This document shows positions 58,975-64,000 of a stretch of DNA of 64,000 nucleotides, one piece after another. Positions within the stretch are counted from its first letter, which is position 1, and every line of letters begins with the position of its first letter. Under the pieces are notes generated by a model that was not told where the DNA came from, did not search any database, and saw only the letters and a list, made by a program, of their open reading frames with translations. Source of the DNA: Chloroflexota bacterium (GTDB lineage Bacteria; Chloroflexota; UBA6077; FW602-bin22; JACPRP01); NCBI GenBank assembly GCA_016189905.1, contig JACPRP010000019.1:7171-71170 (forward strand), in the 5' to 3' direction. The position numbers and the translations under genes were made by a program.

Positions 58975-60738
58975 ATGAAGAGATTACACATCGTTGCGGT
59001 AATGGCGCTTGTTGCGGGACTGTTGCTTTTCCCTGCGGTAGGTAGCGCGGGCGTTAACGGCAACACGCCGCAGCCTGGACAGATGGTGAAGGTTTTCATC
59101 GCCTTCGATCGTCAGCCTGGGCCAAACGAACAGGCTATTGTGCGTGGCTACGGCGGGGCGATCAAGTATACTTATCATCTAGTTCCAGCTATCGCCGCAT
59201 CGGTTCCCCAGGCGGCTATCGATGGACTGTTGAGGAATCCTAGAGTGGTTCGAGTCGAACCGGTCATTGAGGTGCGTTTGGTCGACTATGCCGGTGAGTT
59301 GGCCAATACGTGGGGTGTCAATCGGATCGATGCCGGCGCGGTGCACGGCAACGGTAACAACGGGGCCGGGGTGAAGGTGGCTGTGATAGACACTGGCGTT
59401 GACTATGGCCACCCCGAGCTTGCGGCGAATTACGCAGGCGGCTACGACTTCGTCAACGGCGATGCTGATCCCAGGGATGACAATGGCCACGGCACCCACG
59501 TCGCCGGCACCATCGCCGCGCAGCGAGACGGCGTTGGCGTGGTGGGCGTAGCCCCGGGGGCCAGGGTATACGCGCTCAAAGTCTTAGACGCCGGCGGGGG
59601 CGGATCTTATGAAAACGTGATCGCTGCCCTGGAGTGGGCTGTGGATCACGGGATACAGGTTACCAATAACAGCTATGGAAGCTCCGGCGATCCTGGAACG
59701 CTGGTTAAAGACGCTTTCGACAATGCCTACGCGGCTGGCATACTCAACGTAGCCGCCGCTGGCAATAGTGGCAATCCCCCAGGCAAAGGCGACAACGTCA
59801 TCTATCCAGCCAGGTACGCGTCCGTCATCGCCGTTGCAGCGACCAGCAGCAACGATAGTCGAGCTAGTTTTTCCAGCACCGGGCCGGACGTGGAATTGGC
59901 CGCGCCAGGCGTTAACATCAGCTCTACCAAGCTTGGGGGTGACTATACGGAGATGAGCGGTACGTCTATGGCTTCGCCTCATATCGCCGGCGCGGCTGCT
60001 CTGGCAATCGCCTCCGGCGTCACTGGTGTTGCGAACGTACGATCTAGGCTCCAAAGCTCTGTCGACGATCTAGGGCCGGCCGGAAGAGATGTCTATTACG
60101 GCTTCGGCCTGGTGGACGCTGCCAGGGCGGCATCGTCTGCCAACGGTACGCCCACAGTCTCCATAACCAGTCCCGCCAGCGGTGCTACCTTCAGTTCAGG
60201 CGCCTCGATCACGTTCAACGGCACCGCCAACGATGCCGAGGATGGTGACCTGACGGCGAGTCTGCTTTGGGAATCGAACATCGATGGCGTTATCGGCAGT
60301 GGCGGTAGCTTCTCCAGAGTTCTCGGTGATGGCAACCACACCATCACGGCAAGGTCCACCGACTCAGGCGGCAAGACCGGAACCGCTTCTGTCAGCATAA
60401 CTGTGGGGACTCCATCAGGCGGAGCGACCATTGCCAGCGTTCCCTCCATCGGCTACGCCACATATGGCGGTAAGAACCAGAACAATCACATGCAGATTAC
60501 GACGGCGCTGGTCGACAATTTGGGCAACCCGGTGGCCAATGCATCCGTTTCAATCAGTGTCGCCCTTGGCGGAGCTCCCGGCTATTACTCGGGCACGAGT
60601 ACTACGGGAACAAATGGACAGGCCATTTTCAAGATCGCTAACGCTTCATCAGGTACATACATTACGACGGTCACCAGCGTGAATGCCGCCGGGTTGACGT
60701 GGGACAGTGTAACGCCGACAAATACGTTTACCAAGTAG
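58975..60738 (+). CDS. Secreted subtilisin-like S8 serine protease with I9-like propeptide and C-terminal Ig-like domains
   Basis: Signal peptide and catalytic triad motifs VIDTGV, HGTHVAG and GTSMASPH. ATG 58975 behind GGGAGG. Confidence 0.9.
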   Translation: MKRLHIVAVMALVAGLLLFPAVGSAGVNGNTPQPGQMVKVFIAFDRQPGPNEQAIVRGYGGAIKYTYHLVPAIAASVPQAAIDGLLRNPRVVRVEPVIEVRLVDYAGELANTWGVNRIDAGAVHGNGNNGAGVKVAVIDTGVDYGHPELAANYAGGYDFVNGDADPRDDNGHGTHVAGTIAAQRDGVGVVGVAPGARVYALKVLDAGGGGSYENVIAALEWAVDHGIQVTNNSYGSSGDPGTLVKDAFDNAYAAGILNVAAAGNSGNPPGKGDNVIYPARYASVIAVAATSSNDSRASFSSTGPDVELAAPGVNISSTKLGGDYTEMSGTSMASPHIAGAAALAIASGVTGVANVRSRLQSSVDDLGPAGRDVYYGFGLVDAARAASSANGTPTVSITSPASGATFSSGASITFNGTANDAEDGDLTASLLWESNIDGVIGSGGSFSRVLGDGNHTITARSTDSGGKTGTASVSITVGTPSGGATIASVPSIGYATYGGKNQNNHMQITTALVDNLGNPVANASVSISVALGGAPGYYSGTSTTGTNGQAIFKIANASSGTYITTVTSVNAAGLTWDSVTPTNTFTK

Positions 60739-60810
60739 ACGGTGAGTTATATGCGTAGAGACCGAGGTTATTCATAATCCGTATCAGCTCCTGCCACGAC
60801 AAGGCCCGGG

Positions 60811-60882
60811 TTGGGTCTCGAAGATCCAATCCAGGCCTCGGCGAGCCCATGCTCATGGCGTTAGGTCTCGAAGACCCAACCC
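60811..60882. repeat. Two REP-like GGTCTCGAAGA[TC]CCAA units exactly 50 bp apart
   Basis: TTGGGTCTCGAAGATCCAATCC (60811) and TTAGGTCTCGAAGACCCAACCC (60861). They are related to the GGTCTTCGAGACC hairpin at 37945-37977. Confidence 0.6.
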
Positions 60883-61280
60883 CTGTTGCCTTGGGGAGCA
60901 CCCGATATAGCTTGACAATGTTAGATTATCAAATCGAGCCTGGCCTCTCCATACAAACCCGTGGGTCTTAGCGTGTCTTTGCACCAACTGGTGATAGAGC
61001 CATGGCCAGCACGCCAGCCAGAAGGCAAATCCAGCCAGTTCTTTTGGGTAGAGCCATTCTCATCGTTCACCATCCGGCACTTCGACCGCACGGCATCCTC
61101 TTTTCGCCATAAGGTCAAAGGTCCCAAATTGCTGGCCACGGTTCAGTATTGCACACCTGTCACGACCTGTGCTAAACTAATGTCTGGCTGACTGCTGTTT
61201 TCCCGTCTTCTGCGTTGCAGTTTCCTATGATCACCTTGCCTGTGACAAAAACTGGAAAGCGGCATCGAAAGGGTCGGTGA

Positions 61281-62465
61281 ATGAGAACTGATGGAATTAT
61301 CGCTCTGTTTAGTCGCTGGTTCGACCAGGATTTCGACCCCGATGTTAGGCGGCTTATCACGGCCGAGGAGGCCGGCAGAGAGCGCCGCGCCAATCACCTG
61401 CGGCTGGCTACGCTCGCTCTTTTTCTGCTCCTCTTCGCCATCTTCTATCTCAAATCCGAGCGGCATTACGTTGCCGGCTATCTGATCCTCTTCGATTTCA
61501 TAGCCCTTCTGGTCTATGCGCTTTGCCTTGAATGGTGGCTCAGGAAAGGCAATTACCACCGTGCCGTCAGTTACGTAAGCTTTGGCGCTGATTTGACTTG
61601 CATCTCGATGATTGTGGTATCCTCACTATTCCTCAGCCAAGGGCCTGATCCCAGCGGATGGATAACTTCCATCGGCGTATACTTCCTCTTCGTCGCCTTG
61701 ACTGGCCTGCGCTTCAGTCCGTACCTCTGCTTATTCATGGGGTTGCTTGCGGCGATCGAGTTCTTGTTAGTCAATGAAGTAGCGCAAGTCCTGGGCGGGC
61801 AGAGCCTCCCACTGCTGCAAAAGGCCACCATCTCGGTCCTTATGATCGCTTCCGGGTTTGTGCTCGCGGTCGCCGTGGACAACGCGAGACGCCTGGTGGT
61901 TCGGATAGGTCTGGCCGAGCGCGAACGGGCTCGCCTCGAGAACATCACTGAGGCCACCAGGCGGCTGGCCATCACCGATGATCTGACTGGACTGGCGAAC
62001 CGTCGTCATTTTCAGGACGAGCTTCAGCGGCAGTTGCTACACCCTGAAAGAAAGAGCCCCACGATGACCGTGTTGATGATCGACGTGGACGACTTCAAAG
62101 ACATCAACGACCGCCTCGGCCATCAGGTGGGTGACGAAGTGATGCGCCAGATCGCGGCGGTGCTGGTTCAGTGCATTCGATCATCTGACCTGGTCGCTCG
62201 GGTTGGAGGAGACGAATTTGGGGTTTTGCTATACGAAGCCGATGCCACGCAAGCCCAGATCCTCGCCGAGCGGCTGTGTGAAGCGGTGCGGCGGCACACC
62301 TTCGAGACGGTCGGCGGCCCCATTAGAGTGCGCACCTCGGTCAGCGTCGGATTGGCAAGTCTTCCCCGTGATGGACGAGACATAGACGCCCTGCTCGCCG
62401 CCGCGGACAAGGCACTCTACGTGGCCAAGAGCTTCGGGAAAAACCAGGTGAAATGCGCGGTATAG
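61281..62465 (+). CDS. Membrane-anchored diguanylate cyclase (GGDEF domain)
   Basis: Five to six N-terminal TM helices, then DDLTGLANRR and the active site RVGGDEFGVLL. Confidence 0.9.
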   Translation: MRTDGIIALFSRWFDQDFDPDVRRLITAEEAGRERRANHLRLATLALFLLLFAIFYLKSERHYVAGYLILFDFIALLVYALCLEWWLRKGNYHRAVSYVSFGADLTCISMIVVSSLFLSQGPDPSGWITSIGVYFLFVALTGLRFSPYLCLFMGLLAAIEFLLVNEVAQVLGGQSLPLLQKATISVLMIASGFVLAVAVDNARRLVVRIGLAERERARLENITEATRRLAITDDLTGLANRRHFQDELQRQLLHPERKSPTMTVLMIDVDDFKDINDRLGHQVGDEVMRQIAAVLVQCIRSSDLVARVGGDEFGVLLYEADATQAQILAERLCEAVRRHTFETVGGPIRVRTSVSVGLASLPRDGRDIDALLAAADKALYVAKSFGKNQVKCAV

Positions 62466-62569
62466 CGAACTCTGATCGCGTTCGAAGAGAAGATCAATAT
62501 CATCACCCTGATCAGGTTTAGCGCACTATTCAGATATCAGAAAATGCGCCGCTAGAATAGGCCAGTTCG

Positions 62570-63625
62570 ATGCATGTCCGTGGGGCCACCCCTGTCGATA
62601 ACGACGGGCTTATAGATTTGCAGGCGAGATGTCCGCAAGGGACGGATCTCGTCGTCTCTAACGTCAACACTCCTGATTTCTTCGCCCGCGCCCGGGCCTA
62701 TGATGATTACAAGGTCCTTGTCGCTACCGAAGACAACCGAATTGTCGGCTCCACTGCTTACGCTATTCGAGATGCGAATATTGACGGTAGGGTAGCCTGC
62801 GTTGGATATGGGTTTCAGACTTTCATCTCCCCGGACCACCGCAGAAGGGGTGTCGCGAGCCAGCTTTTTCAATCGTGTGAGGACTATCTGGCTCGTCGCG
62901 GTGTAGAGCTGGACTACGGGCTGATTATCGGAGGCAACACGCCCTCGATACGATACTTTGGCGATCGCGGGTTCAGGCTCCATCGTACGCTAATCATGCC
63001 AATGTTAGGCGTATATAAGCCGATGGTTCGCGGCTCGCAGGGCAAGGTAAGAAAAGCTGAGCCGCGAGATCTGGCCGCGATCGCTCAGCTTACGAACGAA
63101 ACCTGGGAGGGTTACGATTTCTATGAGCCTATTTCCGCCGAGACTCTGGCCAGCGCAATCGATCGTAGACCGGCCTTCAGCATCGACGACTTGTTCGTCC
63201 TGGAAGTTGGGGGCGAAATCGCGGCTTGCCTGGGCCTGTGGGATTGGAGCAAGACGGCGCAGATAACGATAAGAGCGGTCAGCCTGAAACTGCGAATGAT
63301 CGGGCTCTTAGTAGATCTGGTGCGCCACTTCCGACCAATGCCTGTGGTTCCCAGGTTAGGCGCCGCCATCAAACAGTCGGGGCTCACCCCGATTGCGTTT
63401 AGAGACCCCACGCATTTCGCGGTGCTGCTTAGGCACGTCAACGACGAGGCTTTGTCGCGGGGCATCCAGTATATGTTCTGCGCCTGCGAGCGTGGCAACC
63501 CGATGCTGCAAGGAATGAAGGACTTCGTTCGCGTCGACACCGCGTTGCATCTATATGTTAGGCCCCTCAAGGGAATTCTCCCAACTGGTACCAGACCCGT
63601 CTTCATAGATATGATCGATTGCTGA
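62570..63625 (+). CDS. GNAT-family N-acetyltransferase (two-domain)
   Basis: The HRRRGVASQLF acetyl-CoA-binding motif, 351 aa. Confidence 0.7.
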   Translation: MHVRGATPVDNDGLIDLQARCPQGTDLVVSNVNTPDFFARARAYDDYKVLVATEDNRIVGSTAYAIRDANIDGRVACVGYGFQTFISPDHRRRGVASQLFQSCEDYLARRGVELDYGLIIGGNTPSIRYFGDRGFRLHRTLIMPMLGVYKPMVRGSQGKVRKAEPRDLAAIAQLTNETWEGYDFYEPISAETLASAIDRRPAFSIDDLFVLEVGGEIAACLGLWDWSKTAQITIRAVSLKLRMIGLLVDLVRHFRPMPVVPRLGAAIKQSGLTPIAFRDPTHFAVLLRHVNDEALSRGIQYMFCACERGNPMLQGMKDFVRVDTALHLYVRPLKGILPTGTRPVFIDMIDC

Positions 63626-63650
63626 ATATCGCCTCCGGGCCGACGAGCCC

Positions 63651-63947
63651 TCAAGACTCGACGTTGAAAAACTCGCGACTGCCGGACTCGACCAGCGGTA
63701 TCATGCGGGCGAACCATTCGCCGAACTCGGGCAGGCTGAACATCTCGCCTATCATGCGCTCGTACTCCGCCAGGCTCGACGTTTCGGTCTCCGTGACGAC
63801 GGTGAAGAAGCGGCCGCTGGCATCGGTCAGGATGCGAGAAGGAGCGTACTTCACCCCTGACGGATGCTGCTGCACCTCTTTGAGGAGCGCGACTAGCTCT
63901 CCTCCTCGACCGTATTTTGCTTGCATAACGCTTCGTACCACGATCAT
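63651..63947 (-). CDS. Small ferredoxin-fold protein (NIPSNAP/ABM-like)
   Basis: 98 aa with a GGAGGA RBS. The RFFTVVTETETSSLAEYE pattern resembles NIPSNAP-type dimeric alpha-beta barrels. Confidence 0.5.
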   Translation of the reverse strand: MIVVRSVMQAKYGRGGELVALLKEVQQHPSGVKYAPSRILTDASGRFFTVVTETETSSLAEYERMIGEMFSLPEFGEWFARMIPLVESGSREFFNVES

Positions 63948-64000
63948 TGCTCGTCCTCCGTTATTCTAGATTTGGCGCCCAAAGGCTTACGGCATTTTGC

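Overview
64 kb of high-GC (roughly 58-60% by eye) bacterial chromosomal DNA. Taxonomy cannot be fixed from sequence alone. Two gene strings, tilS-hpt-ftsH and holB-PSP1/ricT, are the conserved arrangements known from Firmicutes and Chloroflexi-like Terrabacteria.

Most of the window is ordinary housekeeping or envelope biology:
- rdgB and an exonuclease-DinG fusion
- PiT plus its DUF47 partner
- ftsH, hpt, tilS, initiator tRNA-fMet, rpiB, holB
- an ECF sigma/anti-sigma pair and an HtrA plus two-component cluster
- two-subunit pyruvate-carboxylase-like genes plus isocitrate dehydrogenase
- secD-eamA-secF, an L,D-transpeptidase, a P-type ATPase and lepA
- UbiD, TetR plus an ABC exporter, and GT39 plus two paralogous GH-A-like hydrolases
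- an S8 protease, a GGDEF protein and a GNAT

The most unusual part is a gene-poor ~6 kb locus (about 660-6790). It contains:
- five evenly spaced DnaA-box-like 9-mers running into a (CA)16 microsatellite
- a MerR-HTH/coiled-coil (RacA-like architecture) gene whose upstream region carries CGCCAY hexamers phased every ~10 bp
- about 3 kb without a credible ORF
- an AT-rich block with GCTATGG repeats, the inverse of the CGCCAT motif
- a ParA plus ribbon-helix-helix-like pair driven by a perfect consensus promoter with a palindromic operator

I read this locus as a candidate origin/centromere-type or plasmid-derived maintenance module. That is a hypothesis, not a demonstrated function.

Other items worth a second look:
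- a promoter-to-terminator bounded ~260 nt RNA candidate upstream of a giant Ig-repeat surface protein
- a MITE-like element family with CAGTTTGC inverted termini
- an unannotated 50-aa Cys/His-rich ORF
- a UDG-like gene interrupted by an in-frame TGA in a lower-GC island
- a lone 2-oxoacid:ferredoxin oxidoreductase gamma gene translationally coupled to the carboxylase genes

All calls rest on motif recognition by eye. No database search was possible.
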